DNA of 64,000 nt from a virus (taxonomy: Duplodnaviria; Caudoviricetes), in the IMG/VR virus record IMGVR_UViG_3300021425_002620; one strand, 5' to 3'. Both the position numbers and the translations under genes were made by a program. Shown here in pieces: positions 1 through 9,679 of the stretch (position 1 is its first letter; the number at the start of each line of letters is the position of its first letter). The notes below the pieces were generated by a model. The model did no database searches. It saw only the letters and a program-made list of their open reading frames with translations, and had not been told where the DNA came from.

Positions 1-54
1 CTTGTGGTTACCTGACTCAGTACCTACTCCACTTATACGTATCTTTTTCTTCAT
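1..54 (-). CDS. 5' fragment of an unknown ORF running off the left edge (MKKKIRISGVGTESGNHK...)
   Basis: ATG at 54..52 opens 18 codons to the window edge, with a sigma70-like promoter just upstream. Too short to assign. Confidence 0.4.
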   Translation of the reverse strand, partial: MKKKIRISGVGTESGNHK

Positions 55-63
55 AGTAATACT

Positions 64-91
64 ATTATACTATCGTAGCAGATAATAACAA
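64..91 (-). promoter_or_regulatory. Possible sigma70-type early promoter (TTGTTA-16-TATAAT)
   Basis: Minus strand shows TTGTTA at 91..86 and TATAAT at 69..64, upstream of the partial ORF starting at 54. Confidence 0.35.
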
Positions 92-173
92 CCAGGTAAT
101 TTTTATGGGTATATAAGAAAAATTTAAAAGGACGTCCTTGTCCTACGTGAATTATACTCTAAAATATTTAGTC

Positions 174-202
174 AAAAAAACAGGACCCGAAGGTCCTGTT
201 TT
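174..202 (-). terminator. Intrinsic terminator of the head operon with a cUUCGg tetraloop
   Basis: Minus strand reads AAAACAGGACC-TTCG-GGTCCTG-TTTTTTT just downstream of the gp23 stop. UUCG-capped terminators are characteristic of T4-like phages. Confidence 0.9.
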
Positions 203-225
203 AATGCTAATACCTAAGTGTTGGC

Positions 226-1395
226 TTACTGGAAGCTAACAGCAGCTGACATGTCAACTGTGCTTAGGTAGTCTGCTGCGTTACCAAGAGATGACGCAGT
301 GTTGTTTAGCTCAACATAACCATAACGTGTCATAAATGATACTGTTGGTTCGAATGTTGATGGATCTAGTACAACACCTGAGCTCATTAGCGGGATGTAT
401 GGGCAGTAGAATGCCGCTGCATCTGATTCGCTTGAGCCTTTGTAACCAATTAGTACTGATGCAGTATCAGCAGCATAAGTGTTTACGTATACTTTCATTG
501 CGTTGTTCAATGTACCAACCATCTTAGTGTTAGTTGGTGCTTCGAATGCGCCTTCTGTTGTACGTGCAAACGCTGAAGTAGTTGCAGACTGTAGTACAGT
601 TAGTGCTAGTGGACTAACAACTGCCCAGTTACCTGCGCCACGACGTGTGCGTTGTGCGATCTTGTTGCTTTCTCTGTTGATTAGAACAGCTAGTGCAGCA
701 TGTTCGTCACCAACGAAAGTAGCAGTACCGCTAACAGCTGACTGGTCATAAGTTGAACCAGCGCCTGCTAGTGAGTTCAATGAAGCTAGTACTTCTTGAT
801 CGATCTCAGCGGTAATTTCTTGTGCAAGAGCAGCCATAATTTCTGCTTCAACATCAATACCATGCATTGACTGAGCGTCTTGAGCTGCTTCAAATGTCCA
901 GCGAGCTGACAACTTACGTGTCTTAGCTTCAACTGTTTGCTTCAAGATTTGAATGCTTAGTTGGTTACCAGGTAAACCTTCTAGAGCTGCTGTTGCTGCT
1001 GCTCTGTCTGTATCTGCACCTGAATAGCCTTCAGCAATCTTGAATGGGCTTAGTGCTTCTTCACCAGCTGTTGTGTCTGTTCCGCTTGCACTGTTGAAGT
1101 CATCAGCGTAACGTACACGTAGTGTGTGAATTTGGCCAACTGGGCCTGTCATTGGTTGTACACCAACGATTTCATTTGCAATAACAGTTGGCATTACACG
1201 TCTGATAACTGGTAGAATTACACGGTTAAGTGTAGCTACGTTACCTGCTGATGTAGCACCCGCTGTTGCACTCTCTGACAAGTACTTGCGTGTGTTTTCT
1301 AGCGTTGCAGCCATAACAGACTTCTTGTTACCCTCTAGGCCTTCAAGAAGAGCTGATTTTGTGTCTGTCCAACGACTTTCTAATAGTTCTGACAT
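226..1395 (-). CDS. gp23: Major capsid protein, T4 gp23 family (389 aa)
   Basis: Motifs VIRRVMPTVIANEIVGVQPMTGP, KTRKLSARWTFEAAQD, EITAEIDQEV, FYCPYIPL and FMTRYG; follows gp21-gp22. Confidence 0.96.
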   Translation of the reverse strand: MSELLESRWTDTKSALLEGLEGNKKSVMAATLENTRKYLSESATAGATSAGNVATLNRVILPVIRRVMPTVIANEIVGVQPMTGPVGQIHTLRVRYADDFNSASGTDTTAGEEALSPFKIAEGYSGADTDRAAATAALEGLPGNQLSIQILKQTVEAKTRKLSARWTFEAAQDAQSMHGIDVEAEIMAALAQEITAEIDQEVLASLNSLAGAGSTYDQSAVSGTATFVGDEHAALAVLINRESNKIAQRTRRGAGNWAVVSPLALTVLQSATTSAFARTTEGAFEAPTNTKMVGTLNNAMKVYVNTYAADTASVLIGYKGSSESDAAAFYCPYIPLMSSGVVLDPSTFEPTVSFMTRYGYVELNNTASSLGNAADYLSTVDMSAAVSFQ

Positions 1396-1405
1396 CTTTT
1401 TCTCC

Positions 1406-2500
1406 TTAGTTTAATCCAGCAAGACGGCGTAAGTCTAATACGTTAGATTCGTCTGCTTTAGTTGTCATTTGTGTTTCTTCTCTATTGCCTGTAACTTCTG
1501 TTGCCTCTGCTAAAACTGCCTTACGCTTTGCTGGAGTATTGCCATCAATAACTGAAGGTAAGTACTTATCGAAAGATTTTTGCAATCTATCGGTTTGTAC
1601 ACTTTCCAGTAAGTCTGTCATAATTTCTTTCTGATCCTTTGATAAAGGAGCAATCAAGTCATTAATTGTTTTTTCGCGTCTTGCTGATTCTACTAGTTTC
1701 TTGTTTTCTGCAACTTGTGCTTCTGCAAGTTTAATAGCTTTTTCAGCAGCTTGCTTGGCTTCTGCTAGTTGCTTGTCTTTTGAACCAACAACTTTTAGTA
1801 GCTTTGCGGTTTCGCTGTTTTCGTTTAAGTAGCTAGTTGAATACTCGCTTGCGAATGCTTCAAATAACTTACGACCAAAGTCGTTTCTACGTGCTTCTTC
1901 AATATCTTCTTTGAGCTGACCAATTTCACCGCGTAATGCGTTGTCAACTGTCTCTGATACTGCTTTAGCACTTCTTTCGATAAAGTTTGACTTAACTTTA
2001 GCGAAGTGATCTTTAGCTTCACGAACTAAACGTACTTTCGTTTCTGCTAAATCTTTTTTGTCTTCGTGGAACTCTGCAATTTCTTTAGCAAGAGCTTCAA
2101 CTACAAATTCTTCTAACTGAGCATGTTTCTCAGCCATTGCCTTTTTGTCTTCGTGTAGCTCAGAAATTTCTTTCTGTAGCTGGTCCATTACAAAACCTTT
2201 CATTAGATCTGCGTTTTCACGCATAGCAACAGCATATTTTGCTTTTGCTTCAGCTAGTTGCTGACGATCTTCTGTAAATTCTGCAATTTCTTCTGAAAGT
2301 TTCTCAGAAAGCATAGAATCAATAGCTTCAACCATTGTTGACTTATCGTGTTCGTACTTCTGAGCAAACTCCTCACGAAGTTCGGCAGTTACTTGTTGGC
2401 GATTTTCTGTTACTTTCGCTTCCCAAGCCTCTTGTAGTTCTGCTTTTACTTCTTCTGAAAGTGCGCTGCTCTCGAAGAGTTCTTTTAATGCGTCCAACAT
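1406..2500 (-). CDS. gp22: Prohead core scaffolding protein, gp22-like
   Basis: Glu/Lys/Ala-rich coiled coil with N-terminal LSEEVKAELQEAWEAKV; lies between protease and capsid; GGAG SD. Confidence 0.88.
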   Translation of the reverse strand: MLDALKELFESSALSEEVKAELQEAWEAKVTENRQQVTAELREEFAQKYEHDKSTMVEAIDSMLSEKLSEEIAEFTEDRQQLAEAKAKYAVAMRENADLMKGFVMDQLQKEISELHEDKKAMAEKHAQLEEFVVEALAKEIAEFHEDKKDLAETKVRLVREAKDHFAKVKSNFIERSAKAVSETVDNALRGEIGQLKEDIEEARRNDFGRKLFEAFASEYSTSYLNENSETAKLLKVVGSKDKQLAEAKQAAEKAIKLAEAQVAENKKLVESARREKTINDLIAPLSKDQKEIMTDLLESVQTDRLQKSFDKYLPSVIDGNTPAKRKAVLAEATEVTGNREETQMTTKADESNVLDLRRLAGLN

Positions 2501-2514
2501 ATTTTTCTCCTCGG

Positions 2515-3138
2515 TTATCGGAGCCCGCTTATTATGTTTAATAAGCTCTCTTTTAAATATTTCTGTGCCTTCTGGTCATCTTTGGTTGCCTGTGCTAATT
2601 CGTATGCCTTGTATCCACCTCTAGCATTCATTAAATGTTCATAAATGGGTGTTGGATACGCACCAGGGGCGCTGGGCTGAGCCACAACGTCCACAGTGAT
2701 TATTTCAAAATCAGAGACGGTATTGCTACCGTCTTCTGATACATTTCCGCTTCCTCTTGAAGAGACGCCTAGTTTCACACCGCTTTCAAGCATAGTACGA
2801 ACTAGGTTCCCCATTGGTGTTGGTAGGATTTTCAATTTCCCGTAACCATTTGCACCGTCCATCCAACATGATTCAATCATATGTGATACACGATCTAGGT
2901 TAATGTTAAGGCCTTCTGGATGATCTACTTCGCCGAGAACACTATATCCTCCTTCGATCTGATCATTGAGAGTTTTGACAGCCCTGCCAATTTCATTTAC
3001 AGGATACACTCGCTGATTTGCGTTGCGTACTCCGCCCTGTATGCAAATACCTTTCATGTAAAGATCTTTACCTTCGTTTGCGTTTTCGACAACTATTTGA
3101 GCTTGGTCGAATGTCAAATGCTCTCGTAAGTTTCTCAT
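2515..3138 (-). CDS. gp21: Prohead core protease, gp21 family
   Basis: Motifs NANQRVYP, GEVDHP (catalytic His), GVSSRGSG (catalytic Ser) and DVVAQPSAPGAY. Confidence 0.95.
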   Translation of the reverse strand: MRNLREHLTFDQAQIVVENANEGKDLYMKGICIQGGVRNANQRVYPVNEIGRAVKTLNDQIEGGYSVLGEVDHPEGLNINLDRVSHMIESCWMDGANGYGKLKILPTPMGNLVRTMLESGVKLGVSSRGSGNVSEDGSNTVSDFEIITVDVVAQPSAPGAYPTPIYEHLMNARGGYKAYELAQATKDDQKAQKYLKESLLNIISGLR

Positions 3139-3152
3139 TCAAACTTCCTTAC

Positions 3153-4100
3153 TTATTTGCCGACTACAGATGTTTTGTTGTCAGCAGTCTCAGGCTTGCC
3201 TTTTTTCTCAGCGCCGTGTCCTGGCTCTGATTTACCAGCTTTCGCTGCTTTGCCACCTGGTACATTGACGTTTCCAGCATTTTCTTCTTTTGGAGCACTT
3301 GCGCCAGTACCGCCTTTTTCTTCGCCGCTACCTTGTGCAATGTTGCTTGCTGTTCCGCCCATGTCGTTTTTGCCTGCAACAGCTGACTTAGTACCATTAG
3401 TACCTGTGTCACCCATTGAAGCTGATACTTTTTCTACATACTCACGCATTTGTTCGCCAGCTGTTTTTGGTTGTGTTGTTTCTTCAACTTCTTCGTCTGT
3501 TGCTTCTTCAACTTCCTCATCGCTTGCTTCTTCGACTTCTTCGTCTGCTGCTTCGTCTACTTCTTCGTCTGAAGCTTCAAATGCAAATGCTTCTTCTGGC
3601 TCTTCGTCGCCCATGTCGCCCATGTCATCCATGTCGTCGCCTTCGCCGTCCATCATTTTTTCAAATTCTGCTTTTAGGTCGTCTAGTGCGTCTTCTAAGT
3701 CCATAACGCGGTCTTCTAGCTCTTCTTCGCCTTCTTCACCTTCGTCATCGCCTTCTTCATCATCGCCGCCTTCTAGGTCAGACATCATGTCGTCAGCAGC
3801 GTCTCCGCCTACTTCGTCATCGCCTTCGACTTCAAATTCGTCTAGGTCAAAGTTTTCTTCTACTTCTTCGTCGTTTGACTCATCAACTTCTTCATCAGAT
3901 GCTTCGTCAACTTCTTCATCAGTAGCTTCTTCAACTTCTTCGTCTGTTTCTTCTTCGATTTCTAAATCATTTTCTAGTAATGATTCATAGATGTCACGTG
4001 ATTTTTCAACTACAATCTCGTGGAATAACTCTTCTGCACCTTCTTTGTCTTCGTTGACTAGGCGCTCGAGCATTTCTTCAAATTTCTTTAGATCTGCCAT
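3153..4100 (-). CDS. Highly acidic prohead core/internal protein (position of T4 gp67/gp68)
   Basis: Asp/Glu-rich with two arrays of 8-aa (E/D)EA(T/S/A)DEEV repeats and a basic Gly-rich tail. It lies directly upstream of gp21 and has late promoters and an AGGAG SD. Confidence 0.65.
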   Translation of the reverse strand: MADLKKFEEMLERLVNEDKEGAEELFHEIVVEKSRDIYESLLENDLEIEEETDEEVEEATDEEVDEASDEEVDESNDEEVEENFDLDEFEVEGDDEVGGDAADDMMSDLEGGDDEEGDDEGEEGEEELEDRVMDLEDALDDLKAEFEKMMDGEGDDMDDMGDMGDEEPEEAFAFEASDEEVDEAADEEVEEASDEEVEEATDEEVEETTQPKTAGEQMREYVEKVSASMGDTGTNGTKSAVAGKNDMGGTASNIAQGSGEEKGGTGASAPKEENAGNVNVPGGKAAKAGKSEPGHGAEKKGKPETADNKTSVVGK

Positions 4101-4161
4101 TGTTTTCTCCTATAAATGTGTACACCGAGTCTATAATTGACTACGGTAAGGCTGTCATTAT

Positions 4162-4176
4162 TATTTACTATTTATA
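4162..4176 (-). promoter_or_regulatory. Tandem T4-type late promoters (TATAAATA 4176..4169; TAAATA 4167..4162)
   Basis: Exact T4 gp55 late consensus upstream of the core-protease-scaffold-capsid genes. Confidence 0.8.
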
Positions 4177-4225
4177 AGAAAAAGTGCGTAGATATAGGCT
4201 CAAAACGAGCCATTTTTCAGAAATG

Positions 4226-4825
4226 TTAGGAGAGATTGAAGATTTTCTTGAAATCTTCAACCATAATGTTGCTTATGTTTCTAAATTTATTTAGTTCTGA
4301 CGGACAAAAATTATATGGTGTTATAACTCTAGTATACTTTATTATACTATGTTCCTTTACTACATTAGCAGTTTGTCTTAGCCAATTGCCGTGAAATGTT
4401 GCAGGTTCGTTTGACTTTTTATAATTTATAGTATCGGCATATATGTTATTAAATCTATCTTGTCGTTCGCCAATACCTTTGTAATCAAACCCTAATATAA
4501 AAATTTCTCTATGGCCGTTTTGACTAGCATACCATAGTGCAGTAGGACCACTAGACCAACCTTTACTAGGATTAAAGTAATTTAAATTTGGTATGTTTTT
4601 GTAAAGTCTACTTGGATTAGTCCATACACTATTATACTTTTGATAGTTTGTTTTTGCTATTTCTAGAACCATCTTTGTATCAACAGCAATTAAATGATCA
4701 CACTTAAACTCTCTATATATGGCATTACAGCCGTATATAGTTCCGTGTTCTCTTAGTTCGTTTAGATTAATTGATTCTCGGCTAACGCCATTGCCTAATA
4801 CAAAGGCTGTGTGTGATGTAGGCAT
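4226..4825 (-). CDS. DUF115/Maf (MptE-like, sialyltransferase-fold) protein
   Basis: Motifs AFVLGNGVSR, IYGCNAIY, DHLIAVD, SSGPTALWYA and IFILGFD match the GNGPS...SG..A....I.LLGFD pattern of Maf/GT29/GT42-like folds, recognised by eye. Confidence 0.55.
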   Translation of the reverse strand: MPTSHTAFVLGNGVSRESINLNELREHGTIYGCNAIYREFKCDHLIAVDTKMVLEIAKTNYQKYNSVWTNPSRLYKNIPNLNYFNPSKGWSSGPTALWYASQNGHREIFILGFDYKGIGERQDRFNNIYADTINYKKSNEPATFHGNWLRQTANVVKEHSIIKYTRVITPYNFCPSELNKFRNISNIMVEDFKKIFNLS

Positions 4826-5070
4826 TAAACACCTGCTTCGGCGTTAGCTGCAACTCCATACATTTGACGAACAAAATCAAGATCGTTTACTTGTTCTTCT
4901 TTATGTAAGTCAGATGCTTTTCTAATTCTATTAATTTGTTTTAATGTAAGTCTAGTTTTTCTTGTATCTGATGCTTTAAGAGGTGACTCATCATGCTGAG
5001 GCTCATAACGATCGTTTTGAGTTACCTCAACAGTTTCTGGATCAAAATAAAACAATTCTCTTAGTATCAT
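4825..5070 (-). CDS. Small hypothetical head-module protein (81 aa)
   Basis: ORF between portal and the Maf-like gene with its own TAAATA; contains KTRLTLKQINRIRK. Confidence 0.7.
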   Translation of the reverse strand: MILRELFYFDPETVEVTQNDRYEPQHDESPLKASDTRKTRLTLKQINRIRKASDLHKEEQVNDLDFVRQMYGVAANAEAGV

Positions 5071-5075
5071 ATTAT

Positions 5076-5081
5076 TATTTA
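5076..5081 (-). promoter_or_regulatory. Late promoter TAAATA, 5 nt before the ATG at 5070
   Basis: Core late motif with no SD in the intervening sequence. Confidence 0.6.
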
Positions 5082-5084
5082 TCT

Positions 5085-6833
5085 TTATATAGTTTGATCT
5101 GTTGCTGCGACATCTGCGCCTAGTTCTGTTCCTGTGTTAGTTTCTGGCGGTGTACCTACACCTCCTTCAACTGCATCACCTTCCGGAGCACCTTCTAACT
5201 CTGCTCCTGCTACGTCTGCTTCAAGTCCTGCGCCACTGATGCCTGCACTTCTCATTTCACCCGCTGCATCAGCTGGTGGTACTTCTAAGTTTTCAATATT
5301 TTCTTCACGCCATAAACGTTCATTTTCTGCAAGCTCTTCGTCTGTCATGCCTAAGAAACGTTTCATTGCAAAGCGATTTGAAATATAAGGTATAGCACTC
5401 ATTTGTGTATAAGTTGGTACACGAGCATTATCAATTTCTGCTTGTCTGTAACTTGCAAAGTTTTGTGGTGGTTGGAATTCTAAGTCAAACATTGATGTAT
5501 CAATGTTAACACCTTTTTCTAATAGGTATCTTTTAAATTCTTGATCAAAGTCTTCAACTAGTAAACCTTGTAGTCTTTCGCAGTATGTATTAAATCTTAA
5601 TTCCTGTATGTAAGCAGTGCCGACTCGTCCATCATTATATTGGCTACTTGCATCTTCAGCGCCTGTAGGCAAGTATGAACTAGGAATTCGTAAACCGCGT
5701 ACGAGCTTATTAGTAAAATATCTAAGGTCATCTATTTCTCCTAGGTTGGTACCACCCGGAAGTGTTTCAACTTTTGATCCACGTCCTTCAGCAGTTTGTG
5801 GGAAGAAGTAGTCTTCGTTGATTGACAGTGGATTATATGAGCTATCTATGACGCTTTGACCTCCACCTGTTTGCGATGGGATACGTCTTTGGTGTATTTC
5901 CGTTTTAACACGCTCTACAAATTGCATAGCAAGGTGCGATGGCATGTTACCCACATCAACATAGAATACTCTGCGCTCTGGCGCACGTTGGACACGATAG
6001 ATAATAATCGCATCTTCAAGCAATTCCTTTTGCTTGTATACTTTAAAAATAGTTTCTAATAATGAATTACCAAATGGAAAGTTTTTATCTAAGCCTTCGC
6101 TCATTGACAAGTGTACAATATGTTCAGCGTCAATTGCTATTTCATTTTCTTCTCTGCTAAAACGTGTACCGGCTTGACTTGCTCCGCCGCCAGCAATGTA
6201 ACCTTTACCTGAACTTGCACTTTGATAACTTCCACTGCCGCCGTTATTAATTTGACCATTTGTTTGATAAGGTGTAGTTGCTACAAGATCTTTGAAGTTT
6301 AAATTCATATCTTTAACAATATACTGTTCTGGTGTCTTACCTTGGCTTTCGTTTACAATAATTTTTGTTAGATTAGCAACATCAACATGATATAATTTTT
6401 TTGTTTCTGGGTCTCTTACAAAAACTTGATCGCCATACTTAAATGCATTACGAATTAATCTAAACATACGTGTTTCAAACTTGTTAAGTTTGCACCACTG
6501 TTGTAGATACTGAGATATAATTGTTATTTCTGAATTGGTTGCTTTCTGTTTAAAGTCAATTTTAAAGTTAGTACCATTCTGATCATTAGTTTGTGTGCAA
6601 AACTCAGCGAGAATATCAAGTGCTGCATTGACTTCTGAATCAGCGTCCATGGTATTGTACTGACCATATCTTTCAATACGGTTAGGATTACCTACATAAA
6701 CGTCTGGTAGGTGTGAGTTATAGTTTCTTGCAGCCGGTCCGGGCATACTTCCTTTGTAATTACTTAAAGGACTGTATGTTCCTCCGGTTGCTGTGCCTTG
6801 TGGCACTGGTGTAAAGTATTTTTTCCAACTCAT
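5085..6833 (-). CDS. gp20: Portal vertex protein, gp20 family
   Basis: Motifs EDAIIIYRVQRAPERRVFYVDVGNMP, EDYFFP, GRGSKVETLPGG and LRIPSSYL. Confidence 0.96.
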   Translation of the reverse strand: MSWKKYFTPVPQGTATGGTYSPLSNYKGSMPGPAARNYNSHLPDVYVGNPNRIERYGQYNTMDADSEVNAALDILAEFCTQTNDQNGTNFKIDFKQKATNSEITIISQYLQQWCKLNKFETRMFRLIRNAFKYGDQVFVRDPETKKLYHVDVANLTKIIVNESQGKTPEQYIVKDMNLNFKDLVATTPYQTNGQINNGGSGSYQSASSGKGYIAGGGASQAGTRFSREENEIAIDAEHIVHLSMSEGLDKNFPFGNSLLETIFKVYKQKELLEDAIIIYRVQRAPERRVFYVDVGNMPSHLAMQFVERVKTEIHQRRIPSQTGGGQSVIDSSYNPLSINEDYFFPQTAEGRGSKVETLPGGTNLGEIDDLRYFTNKLVRGLRIPSSYLPTGAEDASSQYNDGRVGTAYIQELRFNTYCERLQGLLVEDFDQEFKRYLLEKGVNIDTSMFDLEFQPPQNFASYRQAEIDNARVPTYTQMSAIPYISNRFAMKRFLGMTDEELAENERLWREENIENLEVPPADAAGEMRSAGISGAGLEADVAGAELEGAPEGDAVEGGVGTPPETNTGTELGADVAATDQTI

Positions 6834-9619
6834 TATATATTTCTCGCTATTTGCTCGAGTACTTTTTTACTATTTCGGTTAGTATCACGAATCTCTGTCA
6901 ATACTGAAAGCATACTATTACTTAGCTCTGTACTGGCTTGATTGCTGTCAGCCATGGTTTTCATTACATCTCCAGCGTTTGTGCCTGTGCCAAAACCAAA
7001 TTTATTGTCTTTTGATAGTTCAGTATTCATATCTTCAAGTAAATTAACCATCTTCTCTAATTCTACATTATAGTTTCTTATTCCAGTTCTGTCAATCGAA
7101 TTTAATAAAGTAACATTGTTTTCTAAGTTTGCTACTCCTGCAACCTTAACCATTGCATCAGCAGTTTGATCTAAACCCTTACCAATTTTTGATAATTTTT
7201 GGAAACCACTAGTTACATCGTCTGGTATTTCAAAGTCAACTACACCTGCATTACTCATTGCAGCAATACCTTGTGCCATAACAAGCATTGCATTGGCATT
7301 TTCTCTAACACCTTCTGCATCAATGTTTAATGCACCAAACTCTTGTACTTGTTCTGTTGGATCGTCTGCAAAGAAACTAGCAAATGCTCCTATAATTCCG
7401 CCTGCACCTGCTGCTGCATTGCCTACACCTGCTGCACTCATTGCTTCGCCAAACGCAACCATTGCTTCTGCGTTTACTTTTACTTTTGCACCATCAATGT
7501 CTGCGGCACCAAACTTTTGTATCTTAGTTAATGGGTCGTCGCCGCCGAATAAACCTAGTAGTCCCTCTGATATACTGCCAATAATGCCGCCAATGCCTGC
7601 TGCAACTCCGCCAACACCAAAGGCTGCAAAGCCTCCGCCTATTGATATCATTCCTAAACCAGCTGATTGAAGTTTATCACCGTCTAGTTCTTCAAACTTT
7701 TCTAAACCTTCTGCAAATGTTGGTAGTGCTTTACCAACCATCCATGTTGCACCTGCTACCGCAGCACCAACTACAAGTATTGTTCCTGCTAGTACACCTG
7801 CACCAATTGCTACCTGTGGATTTGCAAACGCACTAAGACCTTTAGCAGCGCCTGACATTGCTCCGCCAGTTACATTACCAACAAATGCTCCTGCGCCTTT
7901 GCCTGCCTTTGAACCAGCACTTGCGCCTGGCATGCCTCCTGGTCCGCCTCCGCTGCCAACACCAAATAGTTTACTCAACCCTCCAGTAATTGCGCCAACA
8001 ACTTTTGCACCAGCAAATAGTCCTGCAAGTACTGCTACTGTTTTTGTTACAAGACTTGAGTCTGTCCAAAGTGCTTTGATTCCGTCAACAATGGCTGTTT
8101 TCATTGGCTGAAGTATCATTTGATCAATTGCTGCACTAAATCCTCCTGAACCTGCTGCAATTTTAGCAAAGTCATCTAAGAATTGTACAATTGGCGGTAC
8201 TGCTGCTTCTAATCCTTTTGCTAGATTTGCAGTAACATCTCCTAATTTTTCAAATAATCCACTATCTAATAGTGCTTTTGCAATCGATGCTCTAATCTCA
8301 CGTACAGAATCATCAAATGTTGTAAGTGTTGCTGTAATATCGTCTCGTTTTGCTTGTTCTTCTTGTGCTTTTTTGTACTCTGCACTACCTAACTTCTGCA
8401 TCTGAGTAGCACTATCAAGAATTGCTGCTAGTGTAGGATTACTATTTCTTAAATTTTGTATAAATGCAGCCCGTTGTTTGCCTTCTAGGCCTGCAAACTT
8501 TTCTACATCAACTCCTGCTTGACCAATTGCATCAATTAGTACTTGAGGATCTGCACCATCTGCAACAGCCTCCATTGCATCAGCAATTTGTGGTCCTGCT
8601 GCATTTATTAACGCTACTGCTTCTGGTGTTTGTGCTACACCGTCTGCTAAATCTTTTAATCCCGTTGCAACTTCTGCAGGAAGTGTATCAATCATTGCCA
8701 TACTTGCTGCAAAGTTCTTTGCTTTATCACTTCCTTCTTCAAATTGATTCATTAATGCTCGGAATCCAGCATCTTGTGCTTGACGTTGCATTGTTGCAGC
8801 TAGTTCTTTTCTTGATTTACCTGTTACTTTTGCAAGTTGATCTAGTTGCATTAAGTATTGCGCTGATCCTTGTGCTAAACTTGCTGCATCACGCTTCTGA
8901 CCTCGTCCTAATGTTGCTTGTAAGTCAATATAATCAACCATTCCTTCGTTGATGTCCATAACTGTAAAGCCTAAATTCTTTAAACTTTCAAAATCGCCAG
9001 TATCTTTAAGGTTACGGTTCATTTGTTGGAACCTTCTTTGACCTTGATCAACTGTTCCACCTAACAAACGTAGTGTTTCTGCATTTCCACCAATAAGATT
9101 ACTAAATTCATCCATGCTTAGACCCATCTCTGCAGATGCTCTACGCATTTCTGTAATATTATTACTAAAACTTGCACCAACACTAGATAGTTGTCTAAAA
9201 CTTTCTATACTAGAGTCAATTATACCTACAAGAGGACTAATAGCACTACCAATTAAAGGTAAGTGTTGTGTAAAATCGCCTAGTTGACTGCCTCCATTGA
9301 TAAATTCTTTACCAAGATTGCCTATAGAACCAGCAATAGCCCCTACAGCACCTAGTGCAGCACCTTTAAGTTTGGTTGCAAACTTAGAAGTTGCATCTGT
9401 GGCTTTGTTTGTTGCTTTTGTATTGCTTTGTGTTGCTTGATTGTTATCTCTAGTTACTCTTGCACCGTTTTGTAACTGTCGATTATAGTTTTCCGCGGCT
9501 TTTCCAGACTTACCGGAGCCATCCATTTTGTTTAATGCATCGACAAGAGCCTTTAGTGTCGCTTCACTTGCAACACCATTGGCACCGCCTACATTACTAA
9601 TTTCAATTTCTTCAGCCAC
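6833..9619 (-). CDS. Tape-measure-like protein (928 aa; possible gp29 analogue)
   Basis: Long Ala/Gly-rich helical protein with a Gly-rich hydrophobic stretch and an internal ~55-aa repeat (DDP..IQ.FGA..ID...V..NA.AM). Divergent from gp26/gp51; its stop overlaps the portal start (TAATG). Confidence 0.6.
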   Translation of the reverse strand: MAEEIEISNVGGANGVASEATLKALVDALNKMDGSGKSGKAAENYNRQLQNGARVTRDNNQATQSNTKATNKATDATSKFATKLKGAALGAVGAIAGSIGNLGKEFINGGSQLGDFTQHLPLIGSAISPLVGIIDSSIESFRQLSSVGASFSNNITEMRRASAEMGLSMDEFSNLIGGNAETLRLLGGTVDQGQRRFQQMNRNLKDTGDFESLKNLGFTVMDINEGMVDYIDLQATLGRGQKRDAASLAQGSAQYLMQLDQLAKVTGKSRKELAATMQRQAQDAGFRALMNQFEEGSDKAKNFAASMAMIDTLPAEVATGLKDLADGVAQTPEAVALINAAGPQIADAMEAVADGADPQVLIDAIGQAGVDVEKFAGLEGKQRAAFIQNLRNSNPTLAAILDSATQMQKLGSAEYKKAQEEQAKRDDITATLTTFDDSVREIRASIAKALLDSGLFEKLGDVTANLAKGLEAAVPPIVQFLDDFAKIAAGSGGFSAAIDQMILQPMKTAIVDGIKALWTDSSLVTKTVAVLAGLFAGAKVVGAITGGLSKLFGVGSGGGPGGMPGASAGSKAGKGAGAFVGNVTGGAMSGAAKGLSAFANPQVAIGAGVLAGTILVVGAAVAGATWMVGKALPTFAEGLEKFEELDGDKLQSAGLGMISIGGGFAAFGVGGVAAGIGGIIGSISEGLLGLFGGDDPLTKIQKFGAADIDGAKVKVNAEAMVAFGEAMSAAGVGNAAAGAGGIIGAFASFFADDPTEQVQEFGALNIDAEGVRENANAMLVMAQGIAAMSNAGVVDFEIPDDVTSGFQKLSKIGKGLDQTADAMVKVAGVANLENNVTLLNSIDRTGIRNYNVELEKMVNLLEDMNTELSKDNKFGFGTGTNAGDVMKTMADSNQASTELSNSMLSVLTEIRDTNRNSKKVLEQIARNI

Positions 9620-9645
9620 TTAGCGAGATCCCAGTTAAATACGTA

Positions 9646-9653
9646 TATAAATA
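9646..9653 (+). promoter_or_regulatory. Late promoter TATAAATA for gp26-gp51
   Basis: Exact consensus, with a second TAAATA at 9636..9641. Confidence 0.8.
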
Positions 9654-9679
9654 AAAATGGTATATACTTTTACACATTG

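Noticed and set aside
128-139. Palindrome AAGGACGTCCTT downstream of the capsid terminator
   Set aside because: It is a single 12-bp palindrome with no second copy found, so there is not enough evidence for an operator.
3157-3990. 277-aa Ser-rich ORF on the plus strand
   Set aside because: It is the antisense shadow of the acidic protein (GAA/GAC codons read as TTC/GTC/TCx), with no SD or promoter.
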